NCBI GenBank assembly: GCA_028693335.1
Contig: JAQUVR010000016.1
Span: 1 to 10,968, forward strand
From: Candidatus Iainarchaeum sp.
GTDB lineage: Archaea; Iainarchaeota; Iainarchaeia; Iainarchaeales; CSSED10-239
Reading direction: 5' to 3'
DNA length: 10,968 bases
Numbering within the stretch: the first letter of the stretch is position 1; every line of letters begins with the position of its first letter. Position numbers and translations under genes: made by a program. The notes below the pieces were generated by a model. That model worked only from the letters and a program-made list of their open reading frames with translations. It was not told the DNA's origin and searched no databases. Shown piece after piece: positions 1 through 7,658 of the stretch.

Positions 1-523
1 GGTCGTAAACCTCATCGAACAGGCAGTTCAGGCGGCCTTCCACATTGGATGTCTCGTTTATGTGACCCAAAGTCTTTCCCGAAGGATCGTCGTCAAGCAT
101 CGCCGGCCAGATCTCCATAGGCATCGGGTTGCCGGTCCAGCCCTCGTAGGCAGTCGTGACGAACGGGCCCCTGAACGCTGTCGCGTCTGTACCGTCAATG
201 TCCACCTGCGCGGAATCGAGATAGCCGCCGAACATGAGCGCTCCCAGCCAGATGAACTCCGTGCCCGTTCCGCCAGGCATCTCGCCCGAAACAGCGGTCT
301 TGCCCGTGCAGGGGTCTTTCAGACCGAGCCACGGCTCGCCAAAAAATCCCATGTTGGATGTGTTCAGCCATAACAGGCCCGCCCTGTGCACCCTGTATTC
401 CATCGTCGGCCGGAGAGCTTTTGACGGAGCAAGATCAAAGCTCCGCAAACCGTATGACGGATCCGGCGCCGGAAAGAGGCTTATTGCGAATATGAAGATC
501 AGTAAAAGATTTATCTTTATCAT
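1..523 (-). CDS. Secreted protein of unknown function, N-terminal part (gene continues past the left window edge)
   Basis: The minus-strand frame is open from ATG at 523-521 to base 1; it is absent from the ORF track only because no stop lies in the window. Hand translation begins MIKINLLLIFIFAISLFPAPDPSYGLRSFDLAPSK (signal-peptide-like) and continues ...EYRVHRAGLLWLNTSNMGFFGEPWLGLKDPCTGKTAVSGEMPGGTGTEFIWLGALMFGGYLDS.... It is GC-rich like the right flank. The + strand ORFs 62..373 and 234..536 are its antisense shadows. I recognise no family. Confidence 0.65.
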   Translation of the reverse strand, partial: MIKINLLLIFIFAISLFPAPDPSYGLRSFDLAPSKALRPTMEYRVHRAGLLWLNTSNMGFFGEPWLGLKDPCTGKTAVSGEMPGGTGTEFIWLGALMFGGYLDSAQVDIDGTDATAFRGPFVTTAYEGWTGNPMPMEIWPAMLDDDPSGKTLGHINETSNVEGRLNCLFDEVYD

Positions 524-624
524 GCCGATAATTTAAACATACACTGAAAAATATGCAATTCTATATTAAATTAAATGATGAAGACGGTCATGGTTAATGG
601 TGTATAGAAAATTGCTTTCTGTAA
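515..624. repeat. Repeat B, copy 1 (5' region and first three codons of the left flank gene)
   Basis: 515-572 matches 4983-5040 with one mismatch over 58 nt. Looser similarity with indels then runs through gacggtcatggttaat to attgctttctgtaa (611-624 vs 5077-5090). Confidence 0.85.
530..558 (-). promoter_or_regulatory. Candidate sigma70-like promoter for the left flank gene, implying a leaderless or near-leaderless mRNA
   Basis: The minus strand reads TTGCAT, 17 nt, TAAATT, atcggc, ATG. The -10 element ends 6 nt before the start codon and there is no Shine-Dalgarno sequence. An identical arrangement is present in repeat B copy 2. Confidence 0.3.
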
Positions 625-721
625 CCGTACGATATTCTCGTACACTTCGCATAAGGTTCTCATAAGTTCGCATTATTTTTGCATAATAGGTTTTAGTGCT
701 CATAGCTATTAAATCACTTAA

Positions 722-808
722 AACTCTCTTAAATTATTTTCTATTTATTTAAGAATTAGCTACAAACTCTCTTAAACTCTCTTAAAATTCGCTAAAAACT
801 CCCTTAAT
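722..808. repeat. Iteron-like direct repeats AACTCTCTTAAA (three exact copies, one degenerate)
   Basis: Exact copies lie at 722-733, 765-776 and 775-786, with a degenerate copy AACTCCCTTAAT at 797-808. Start-to-start spacings of 43, 10 and 22 nt are close to whole helical turns. They sit in a 590-bp region with no convincing ORF. Confidence 0.45.
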
Positions 809-1214
809 TAATCTTTTATTGCATTTCAATATAGATAAAACATAATTTAGCAATAGTAATATTTTCGGTAGAATAATTAAAAGAAAGTGGAATCGACTCA
901 GAAAGTGGGTTTTACTAACGATTGGTGAGGCTCGGCGCGATTTGTCCGGGGTGGCTACAGATATGTAGGTGCTACCTAATGTAGCGTTGCGATCCGTAAT
1001 CAATACATTTTGGGATCATATAAATACAGCATCGGTTTCAGGATCGCCAGTACGAAATAACGGCAATGGCAAAAAGCAAACTGTTATCTCTCTGTTTCTT
1101 TATACAATTTAACAAAATTATGTGTCAAAAAACAGTGTACACTACAGTTAGGAAAAACGAATCTTCATCGGGAGTATTTTTTGCGTTATTATCTGTGATA
1201 AAATCATTAGTTAC

Positions 1215-2204
1215 CTATAATTTCTTATATTTTGCTATAATTTCTTTTAAAGCTTTAGTTTGTGCGTCATTCAATGTCATTTCATAAGCATATTTTCCAA
1301 CAAATCTTACATCAATTTTATCTGATTCAGCAATTTTAAAGATAGATTTATCTAAATTATCGATACTATTATCAGACCACTCTTTTACACCGTTGCCAGA
1401 GGTATCAGTTTGTTTTTCAGGATAGTCACAATTAATTTCAATCTGTATATTATCAGCATGTACTATTACTTTGTCATAAAACATCCAGTTATCATTGCTA
1501 TATTGAGTTCTTAACCTTAGAAATTTGCTACCAGATTTATTTTTCACTATATAGAATTCAAAAGTTAATAAAGCCCTACCTGAATGTTGACAAGTGAGTC
1601 TTTTTGTCTCATAAAAAATACAGGATTGCATCTTATCTTCAGTTTCAGAAATAAATTCTTCAGATTCATATTCGTAAAGATATTTGTTATATATATTTCT
1701 TAATTTGATTGAATCATTTTTATTCAAAAATAAATTATCGAAATCATCTTGGATGCTGGAAATCTTTTTACCTAAAGATAGTGATTTAGTTTTATTAAGG
1801 GTTGATTTTAAATTACTATTAGAAATTTTATCAAGTTCACTGATTTTATTGTTACTATTTTTTACTAAATCACTGTTGGGGTAAAATGTAGTAATCATGT
1901 TAAATAACAAAAACGCTTTCTTCAATTGGTTTAATTTCAGGAATTCTATTCCTTTTTTATAATAGTATTCAGGTGTTTGGGTAGCTTCATTGTATCTGAC
2001 CTGTAATTCATTCTTTTCTTTTGTGCAATTCTCAATCTTACTAGATAAATCATTGTGTTGAGTTTTTAATTCTTCAATTTCCTGTAAAAGTTTAACTTTT
2101 TCACTTTCAGAGTTACTATATTTAGAATTGAGCTCAGTGAATTCTCTTTTTGAAACACAGCTAATTAGGAATAAAGCAAATGTTAATAGTATTATTTTTT
2201 TCAT
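1215..2204 (-). CDS. Lipoprotein with a coiled-coil N-terminal half, function unknown
   Basis: 329-aa ORF. The N-terminus MKKIILLTFALFLISC has a lipobox-like LISC, and GAGG lies 8 nt upstream of the ATG. The first ~70 residues after the Cys are heptad-like and rich in E/K/L/Q. I cannot name a family for the C-terminal half. Confidence 0.75.
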   Translation of the reverse strand: MKKIILLTFALFLISCVSKREFTELNSKYSNSESEKVKLLQEIEELKTQHNDLSSKIENCTKEKNELQVRYNEATQTPEYYYKKGIEFLKLNQLKKAFLLFNMITTFYPNSDLVKNSNNKISELDKISNSNLKSTLNKTKSLSLGKKISSIQDDFDNLFLNKNDSIKLRNIYNKYLYEYESEEFISETEDKMQSCIFYETKRLTCQHSGRALLTFEFYIVKNKSGSKFLRLRTQYSNDNWMFYDKVIVHADNIQIEINCDYPEKQTDTSGNGVKEWSDNSIDNLDKSIFKIAESDKIDVRFVGKYAYEMTLNDAQTKALKEIIAKYKKL

Positions 2205-2398
2205 TTTTTACAACCTCGCTATTTAAATTAAAAAACACATATTGCCTTATCTGTCATGGTAAATGCCCACTAGGTAAAGATAACAAGGGATAGGGTATCA
2301 TGTCAATGTTCTCTGTCTATAGTGATTAGTTTTATGATAGATTATTGATTTTTCCATTTTGCTGTCTCGAAAGTGTTCAATAAATGTCTAAAGAAAAT

Positions 2399-3760
2399 TT
2401 AATCTGGAAATTCATTTCCTTTTTTTCTATTTAATTTTAAATCCTTTGATTTTAAGAATCCAAATTGTGCGTTTAAAGAGTCGTAGTATTCTTCGTCTTC
2501 TTTTGTCCAGTGTGAGCAGTCTAAGTATATAAAATCTTCAGAAGTTCCTTCGTTTAATTTTGGTGGTTCAGTAGCTATTCCAATTATAGAATGCAATTGC
2601 TTAAATTTATTCTTGGTTACCCCACAAGCTATTTCAAGTAATTGTTGCCTATAAGGACGATATTCGTTGTCGTAGTCGGAAATAGGATCAATCTTTAATT
2701 GGAGAAATAGATATGCCCTGTTTTTGTGAAACGATTCTATGTAAGTTAATAAACGAACAAAGGGTTGTTGCGATTGAGGAAAATTATTTATTGCACGCAC
2801 TATTCTATCTGAAAGTTCCCTTCTATGAAAACGTGGCTCCATTGCCATATAATATATTGCATTTTTATTGTTAAATATAGATGCACCACGAGTGATACCA
2901 TCGAGGGCATATTGGCACGTTTTCTGAATTAATCCATCCCAAACGTAAGAAATTTCATCAGATTTCTTTTTCCTTTTAAAAATATCACTTTGTTCGAAAT
3001 CTTTCCATTCACCTTCACCGATAATAATCATATTTACTTTTTTATCCTTGTAACCTATGAAATGAGTATGATTCGATTCATCGTAATTTAACATGTAATG
3101 TGCGAGTAAATCTTCTTCACCACAGTATATTAAAGCCTCATAGTTATTAATTGCTGATATTTTTGCCTCCAAGTATCTGGAAAAGTCATAAAATGTATCG
3201 AGTTCTTTAAATATCAATTCAAGGTTTTCGCTATCAAAAATATGTACAGGATTGTTTTTATCTAAAGTTATTAAAAATGGAAAAGGAATATTGTCAGATT
3301 TATCACCATAAATTATAGCCAAACTACCAAAAACATTTTCATCAGAAAATTCCCTACATGCATCTTTAGCTCCATGAGCGATTACAATTTTGTGTACAAT
3401 CATATTATTCGTATCAATTTTTATAGGGAAAGGAGATTTTAATTCCACATCAAGAAATATTTTAGCATTTCTTCTTATATATTTTTCAGCACCATGTGCA
3501 GTTTTAATTTGCATGTCAATTGCTTTTTTTTTCCATCTTTCCCAGTTTGTTATTGTGTCACCTTCTTTTTTTAATGATAAATTCTCTCTATCATAAAAAA
3601 TAAATACATGATTGCCGAAAATAGCCAGTAAATCACACAACTCTTTTTTATCATCTTTGATTGGATTGGGGTAACTCCATAATTTCAAGAAAGTATTTTC
3701 ACACAATTTAGCTAGAAGATTTTCCGTAGGTGTTACACCTTCTGATTTCGTGATCTTCAT
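2399..3760 (-). CDS. Hypothetical cytoplasmic protein (453 aa), family not recognised
   Basis: Long ORF with GGAG 5 nt upstream of the ATG and no signal peptide or TM segment. The N-terminal segment LCENTFLKLWSYPNPIKDDKKELCDLLAIFGNHVFIFYDRE loosely recalls the strand core of restriction-endonuclease-like folds, but I cannot identify catalytic residues. Confidence 0.8.
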   Translation of the reverse strand: MKITKSEGVTPTENLLAKLCENTFLKLWSYPNPIKDDKKELCDLLAIFGNHVFIFYDRENLSLKKEGDTITNWERWKKKAIDMQIKTAHGAEKYIRRNAKIFLDVELKSPFPIKIDTNNMIVHKIVIAHGAKDACREFSDENVFGSLAIIYGDKSDNIPFPFLITLDKNNPVHIFDSENLELIFKELDTFYDFSRYLEAKISAINNYEALIYCGEEDLLAHYMLNYDESNHTHFIGYKDKKVNMIIIGEGEWKDFEQSDIFKRKKKSDEISYVWDGLIQKTCQYALDGITRGASIFNNKNAIYYMAMEPRFHRRELSDRIVRAINNFPQSQQPFVRLLTYIESFHKNRAYLFLQLKIDPISDYDNEYRPYRQQLLEIACGVTKNKFKQLHSIIGIATEPPKLNEGTSEDFIYLDCSHWTKEDEEYYDSLNAQFGFLKSKDLKLNRKKGNEFPD

Positions 3761-3806
3761 GAAATCTCCGCATTGTTTTTTAAATGATGCTCAACAAATA
3801 CTAGTT

Positions 3807-4280
3807 CTACATATCTAAACTTTCAAGTTCCCAAGAATCGCCGTTACTTTTTAGAACACAAATATAATACGTTCGGATATTTGCGCCAAAACTATTTTCA
3901 GAATCAACATAAGCTGATACCTTGTATTTATTGTTTCCTAAATTTGATACTTTCGCGTCCAAAACAGAACAGAAATCTGCGGTAGCCGGTGCTTTTAAGT
4001 TTTGTTCAACAAATCGCTGGCTCATCACAAAAGCCATTCCGCTATCATCTGAATTACGACGAGAACTGCTTGATTTCTGTTCAGGTGGAGGTCTATATGA
4101 TGATGACCCGCCATATTTGGCTGAAAAAGAAAATAATTTGACAAGCAAATATACGAGTATAATCAAAACTAAATAATTTAAGCAACTGCCCTTTTTTTTG
4201 GGAATATAACCGCAATTGGGGCAGGATTTAGCTTTTGTGCTAATATCTTTTCCGCATTCTTTGCATTTTCTTAATGCCAC
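3807..4280 (-). CDS. Membrane-anchored zinc-ribbon protein with a small extracytoplasmic C-terminal domain
   Basis: GTG start 4 nt after AGGAGG. It has a CKEC-x10-CPNC zinc ribbon, a hydrophobic helix LNYLVLIILVYLLVKLF, an S/P-rich linker and a C-terminal globular part of about 80 aa (...YKVSAYVDSENSFGANIRTYYICV...). Confidence 0.8.
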   Translation of the reverse strand: MALRKCKECGKDISTKAKSCPNCGYIPKKKGSCLNYLVLIILVYLLVKLFSFSAKYGGSSSYRPPPEQKSSSSRRNSDDSGMAFVMSQRFVEQNLKAPATADFCSVLDAKVSNLGNNKYKVSAYVDSENSFGANIRTYYICVLKSNGDSWELESLDM

Positions 4281-4288
4281 AAAACCTC

Positions 4289-4816
4289 CTATTCATTTGC
4301 CCTTTCAGCCAACATTCTGCCTGTAATAATGCCAAGTGTAATAGCAATGACAACTCCTGCAACAATTTTAAAATTATCATTGCCCTCTCGGTCTTTTATA
4401 TTTTCTTCTTTAAAAGCAGAACTAGAGTTGATTTTTATGTTAGGATTTAATGTCTTGAAAAATTCCGCTTGGCAACTATAACAAGAATTAAGCATATCGG
4501 GTCTACGTTCGTCAATTATGTTTACAATATCAGCCCCCAAATAGCTTGCTTCTTCTCGTAACATTCTAATCGCATCGGATTCTCTACAACCAGCGGTAAA
4601 GGCATTGTCTCTTAATTTGATTTCTCTAATTTTCTCATAGGCATTAGAATTAAAGCTTGAGAATTTCACAATAGATATTTCTGCTGTCGATTTTATATCT
4701 TGTGAGTTCTGTTCTTTTTCGTAGCCCGATCGTTTTACTGTATAAGATGTACAGCCTGAAATAAAGAAAACATTCAGGTATAATACGATCATCAGAAACA
4801 CACTACTCTTTAACAT
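4289..4816 (-). CDS. Lipoprotein with a C-terminal TM helix, function unknown
   Basis: The N-terminus MLKSSVFLMIVLYLNVFFISGC has a lipobox-like ISGC, and the C-terminal stretch IVAGVVIAITLGIITG is hydrophobic. The Cys-containing middle (AGCRESDAIRMLREEASYLGADIVNII...SCYSCQAEF) loosely recalls RcsF/DUF4156-type lipoproteins. Its TAG stop overlaps the AGGAGG of the next gene. Confidence 0.75.
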   Translation of the reverse strand: MLKSSVFLMIVLYLNVFFISGCTSYTVKRSGYEKEQNSQDIKSTAEISIVKFSSFNSNAYEKIREIKLRDNAFTAGCRESDAIRMLREEASYLGADIVNIIDERRPDMLNSCYSCQAEFFKTLNPNIKINSSSAFKEENIKDREGNDNFKIVAGVVIAITLGIITGRMLAERANE

Positions 4817-4935
4817 TTTTATCTCTCATGTTTAAACTAACAGCAACTCCTCTGTTTTGAACAAGTTTTTCGCATACTGTACGGACAAACGTCATTTTGT
4901 TTTTTTGTATATATGAATTATCCGTCTGCCATTTT

Positions 4936-4988
4936 AAAAATTATGATAATTTAATTATGATGTCAACGAGTTTCTTATTTTTCTTTAT
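4936..4988. repeat. Repeat A, short copy (promoter segment only) ending in the junction core CTTTAT
   Basis: aaaaattatgataatttaattatgatgtcaacgagtttcttatttttctttat differs by one base each from 7453-7505 and 10663-10715. Confidence 0.9.
4938..4966 (-). promoter_or_regulatory. Candidate promoter (TTGACA, 17 nt, TAATTT) for the module I operon
   Basis: The minus strand reads TTGACAtcataattaaattatcaTAATTT, about 120 nt upstream of the 4816 start. The same sequence is conserved in three copies in the window. Confidence 0.5.
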
Positions 4989-5090
4989 CATGCCGATAAT
5001 TTAAACATACGCTGAAAAATATGCAATTCTATATTAAATTATTTGGAGACGGTCATGGTTAATACGGCAAATTATCATTGCTTTCTGTAA
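4983..5090. repeat. Repeat B, copy 2 (internal; fused on its left to repeat A and on its right to the Bro-N pseudogene)
   Basis: See copy 1. This copy retains the ATG ATA AAG of the left flank gene, but here it opens only a 16-codon chimeric ORF (MIKKNKKLVDIIIKLS). Confidence 0.85.
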
Positions 5091-5506
5091 ATAGGTTTTC
5101 ATAGCTCTGTCGAATGAAAGTTCAGGATCTCCAGTCTCTTCGATTCTTTCATAACCCGTTTTAGCAAGCCAAAGCTTAAAAGGTTCCGCCCTTTGGCGAA
5201 GGAATTGACTGAACTACACGCAATAAATCTTCTGTTGAGAAGCAATCTGTAGCATAAAACTTGCCGTCACTAGCCTCAAATTTCAGTTGTACGATTTTTT
5301 CGTACACCTCACTTCCTTCTTTTTTGAGCTTCTTCTTTAAGTCGCTCCAATAACGTTTGGAAATAGATGAATCAGTCAGAATCTCTATCATATCAATAAT
5401 TGAAAAATACCAGAGTTCATTATCTCCGTCCCAAAATCGCCGGACTTGTTTTTGGTTGTAGCACAGATAATTTGTGTCTTATTACTTTTTTCTCTGCTGT
5501 TGTCAT
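5081..5506 (-). pseudogene. Bro-N/DinD-like pseudogene (3'-truncated, at least two frame disruptions)
   Basis: Nucleotide- and protein-level paralogue of the N-terminal ~135 codons of 8234..9124. AAGGAGG precedes the ATG at 5506-5504, but the homologous frame (NQKQVRRFWDGDNELWYFSIIDMIEIL...) is offset by one base from that ATG. An extra base near 5188-5191 ends the tracked ORF at PSPKGGTF*, and homology resumes in another frame (AEPFKLWLAKTGYERIEETGDPELSFDRAMKTYLQK). The gene stops at the junction with repeat B. Confidence 0.85.
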
Positions 5507-5632
5507 TTTATTCCCTCCTTTTCTGAAATATAATAAATCATTTTTCGTTAGGAAAGAAGCTTAAGCAGACATATCATTTTTTATTTTTCCTCTTATTTAA
5601 TTAACCGCACTCTCTCGTTAACCTTGCCCATA

Positions 5633-5704
5633 ACGGTCATGAAAAAAAGATCACAAGCAAACATAACACGGTAAAGTCATATAGCCAATGTTAGCGGTTG
5701 TGTG
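5633..5704. repeat. Repeat E, copy 1 (~70 bp, between the cargo genes and the Bro-N copy)
   Basis: It shares acggtcatg, a similar cacaag...cat segment, an exact 11-mer tagccaatgtt and ggttgt with 9145-9220. By eye roughly two thirds of positions are identical, with a 4-nt length difference. Confidence 0.6.
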
Positions 5705-5707
5705 TAA

Positions 5708-6499
5708 TTATTCAATTTTCATTCGAGAATTATTCTTTAGAAGTACTGCTATGTCATTCCTTTTTTTTATTATTACAGTATCAAAAATATCTTGGATAAA
5801 AGGAGCGATTAAATATTGAGAATTTTCTCCAGGTGATATTCCATTGTCTAAAGCATCAATATAATCACTTGACATCATATAATGGTCATTTAAATAGAAT
5901 ACATAAGAAAAATGTTGAATAAAAATATCATTTAAATCAGAAGAAAACAAATCTAACATTTTAAGTCTTACAGGATTATAGATCTCGTTATCATTAGAAA
6001 GTACATTATGAAAAAAATTGTAATGAGTATTATCGTTGCACCTTTCTCTAATCTTTTTGTACCTTTTGTCTTTATCAAGTAGTAAAGTAATCGGTTTCAA
6101 CAGACAAGAATTTTTTATATAGCTTGAAATTATCCTATATTCGGGAATGGTTTCAATTCCCTCTATCCACTTGTCAATCTGTTTAACTATAAGATTATCG
6201 ATACTGTAATTATTTTTTAGATAAAGATTTAAGTAGACATTTATAAATGTGGAATCATAATATTTTCTTAGAAGAGCATACGCATCATTAATACGACCTT
6301 TTAATAAAACATCCCGTATTGAATCAAGCGTTCCATGCATCGATGAGAAAATATGAGCATCAAGGTTGTTTTCGATCTTAGTTCCTAGTAATATAAAATA
6401 CATGATAGAGTCAGATAATGAATTGTAAAAATCTGCAATCTCTTTCAACTCAGAGAATACTATGTGCCCAGTATAATTTTTATTTATAAAATTATTCAT
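5708..6499 (-). CDS. Hypothetical cytoplasmic protein (263 aa) with a possible HEPN-like R-x5-H motif
   Basis: The ATG overlaps the upstream stop (ATGA at 6496-6499). No signal peptide. Motif KKIRERCNDNTHYN (R153-x5-H159, nt 6023-6043) and an earlier helix GRINDAYALLRKYYDS recall HEPN/Abi-type proteins. This is motif-level only. Confidence 0.7.
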   Translation of the reverse strand: MNNFINKNYTGHIVFSELKEIADFYNSLSDSIMYFILLGTKIENNLDAHIFSSMHGTLDSIRDVLLKGRINDAYALLRKYYDSTFINVYLNLYLKNNYSIDNLIVKQIDKWIEGIETIPEYRIISSYIKNSCLLKPITLLLDKDKRYKKIRERCNDNTHYNFFHNVLSNDNEIYNPVRLKMLDLFSSDLNDIFIQHFSYVFYLNDHYMMSSDYIDALDNGISPGENSQYLIAPFIQDIFDTVIIKKRNDIAVLLKNNSRMKIE

Positions 6500-7212
6500 T
6501 TTGAATTTTGATAGCTAGTCAATATTCCATTTTCAAAGTATAAATATAAATTACTATAAACCCATTGTTCATGGATACCCCAATCACCGACAGTTTTATT
6601 TATATTATTGGGGTTACCTAAACTTATTGAGGCCATTTCAACCGTCATTCCCACCCAGTAATAACCATTAAATAAGTCCTCGCCGATATTTTTCCCGAAT
6701 TTATCCGTTAAAAACTTTTTGTACTCTTGTTTCTTCTTTTTATTAAAATTGATCTCATTTTCTTGCTTTTCTTTAATTATATTTTCTCTGAAAAGTATAA
6801 TATCTTCTGTTTCGGATAAAATAGACTCAAAAACATAACCGATATGTTCGTCTTTTTTTACAAGCCATGAATTTTCTTTAACAAATTTTTCGTTAAAACA
6901 GTAATCTAGCAAAATTAAAGTATCATTTATTTCAGTCTTGAATAAAATATCTGAGTACATTGAATTTTCTTTTCTAATCTCACCTTTTGATTTGCAAACA
7001 ACTTTTATAGAATTTTTCCCTTTCAACTCAATTAGTTTTTTTTGCATAATGTATTTATCCAAGTCATTTTTTACTATCTCTAATGAATCTGTTTTTGACT
7101 TTATTAGATTTTCTAATCGCAATCTATCTATTTTTAAATTCGCGATATTAGAATCTATACTTTGACATAGCAGAGCACTTTGAATAACGAATAATACAAT
7201 AATGAACTTCAC
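6496..7212 (-). CDS. Secreted protein with a coiled-coil segment and a C-terminal BamE/SmpA_OmlA-like motif
   Basis: GTG start 5 nt after AGGAGG. Signal peptide MKFIIVLFVIQSALLCQS. The C-terminus GYYWVGMTVEMASISLGNPNNINKTVGDWGIHEQWVYSNLYLYFENGILTSYQ fits the GMT...LG.P...E.W.Y...YL.F.NG.L pattern of small BamE-like domains. Confidence 0.75.
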   Translation of the reverse strand: MKFIIVLFVIQSALLCQSIDSNIANLKIDRLRLENLIKSKTDSLEIVKNDLDKYIMQKKLIELKGKNSIKVVCKSKGEIRKENSMYSDILFKTEINDTLILLDYCFNEKFVKENSWLVKKDEHIGYVFESILSETEDIILFRENIIKEKQENEINFNKKKKQEYKKFLTDKFGKNIGEDLFNGYYWVGMTVEMASISLGNPNNINKTVGDWGIHEQWVYSNLYLYFENGILTSYQNSK

Positions 7213-7262
7213 ATGATCCTCCTATAAAAAACAATTTAAATTACACATTTCCGCTAACGAGC

Positions 7263-7288
7263 GGCTAAGCGAATGGTTTCGTTTAGCC
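7263..7288 (+). other. Conserved 11-bp-stem hairpin in the repeated leader
   Basis: ggctaagcgaa-tggt-ttcgtttagcc. All pairs are Watson-Crick except one G-T, which is a G-U wobble only if read as + strand RNA. It is conserved at 10524-10547, with a degenerate second copy at about 7313-7337. Confidence 0.45.
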
Positions 7289-7454
7289 GTGACATTTGCG
7301 CCTGTTTGCGGAAGCTAAGTGAATGGTTTCGTTAAGACTGCATGTTTGAACCTATTTCAAGAAGCTATATGCCACAGCGGTGCTTTTTTCTTCTGAATGT
7401 GAAAGAGCCTCATGTGTTTACCTTGTTCGATCTGTATTCTTATCTCAGTCAGAA

Positions 7455-7483
7455 AAATTATGATAATTTAATTATGATGTCAA
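7455..7483 (-). promoter_or_regulatory. Candidate promoter A (TTGACA, 17 nt, TAATTT) upstream of the module II cargo
   Basis: Identical hexamers and spacer to 4938-4966 and 10665-10693, followed by a ~240-nt leader before the GTG at 7212. Confidence 0.5.
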
Positions 7484-7516
7484 CGAGTTTCTTGTTTTTC
7501 TTTATTGAAAGATATA

Positions 7517-7573
7517 TTACATTAGTCCGTCAGCGAGGATCTTGAGGCCGATGAGGATCAATACAATGTCGTT
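7517..7573 (-). pseudogene. Displaced remnant of the mntP 3' end (last ~17 codons plus stop)
   Basis: The reverse complement reads DIVLILIGLKILADGLM*, against GGIVLILIGLKILADGLM* in the intact gene. There is no upstream coding continuation. Confidence 0.9.
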
Positions 7574-7584
7574 CGAGTAATATA

Positions 7585-7613
7585 TTGATTTAAGCGAAAA
7601 AAATTTGTATATT
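7585..7613 (+). promoter_or_regulatory. Candidate promoter for the + strand antitoxin-like/DUF2442 genes
   Basis: TTGATT, 17 nt, TATATT, ending 45 nt upstream of the ATG at 7659. Confidence 0.4.
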
Positions 7614-7658
7614 GAGATCAAGTAAAGAAAAGAAGCTTATTTATAAAGAAGTGATTAT

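Larger units (their letters stand above)
7261..7573. repeat. Long direct repeat R, copy 1 (leader, promoter A, core, displaced mntP 3' end)
   Basis: 7342-7505 aligns to 10552-10715 with 11 mismatches and no indels over 164 nt. 7516-7558 is identical to 10726-10768 (43 nt). This copy contains an internal tandem duplication of a ~50-bp unit (7261-7307 and 7308-7352). Confidence 0.9.

Noticed and set aside
62-536. Plus-strand ORFs 62..373 and 234..536
   Set aside because: They lie antisense to a longer open minus-strand frame that has a convincing signal peptide and start at 523. Their translations are Arg/Pro/Ala-rich, as expected for shadow frames in GC-rich DNA.
566-703. 45-codon minus-strand ORF (MSTKTYYAKIMRTYENLMRS...INHDRLHHLI) crossing repeat B1
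   Set aside because: It weakly echoes the ...AMKTYLQK segment of Bro-N and the INHDRL read-through seen in copy B2. It has no RBS, is too short and is poorly conserved between copies. It is probably a relic, not a gene.
782-1287. ORFs 782..1003 (-) and 1066..1287 (+)
   Set aside because: They have no ribosome-binding site and low-complexity translations. The first runs through the iteron array and the second overlaps the 3' end of the 329-aa gene. I treat the region as non-coding.
7368-7392. Possible intrinsic terminator gccacagcggtgcttttttc (also at 10578-10602)
   Set aside because: The T-run is conserved, but the preceding stem is only about 3 bp (CAC/GTG), and no + strand gene ends upstream of it.
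7342-7545. ORF 7342..7545 (+) inside repeat R, which also stays open in the second copy (10552-10718)
   Set aside because: The second copy has ACG in place of the start ATG. Of the 11 substitutions in the 164 nt aligned to the core (a twelfth, synonymous att/atc, lies just past it), most are non-synonymous (M/T, N/Y, V/A, V/E, L/V, S/Y, S/G). There is no sign of purifying selection on this frame.
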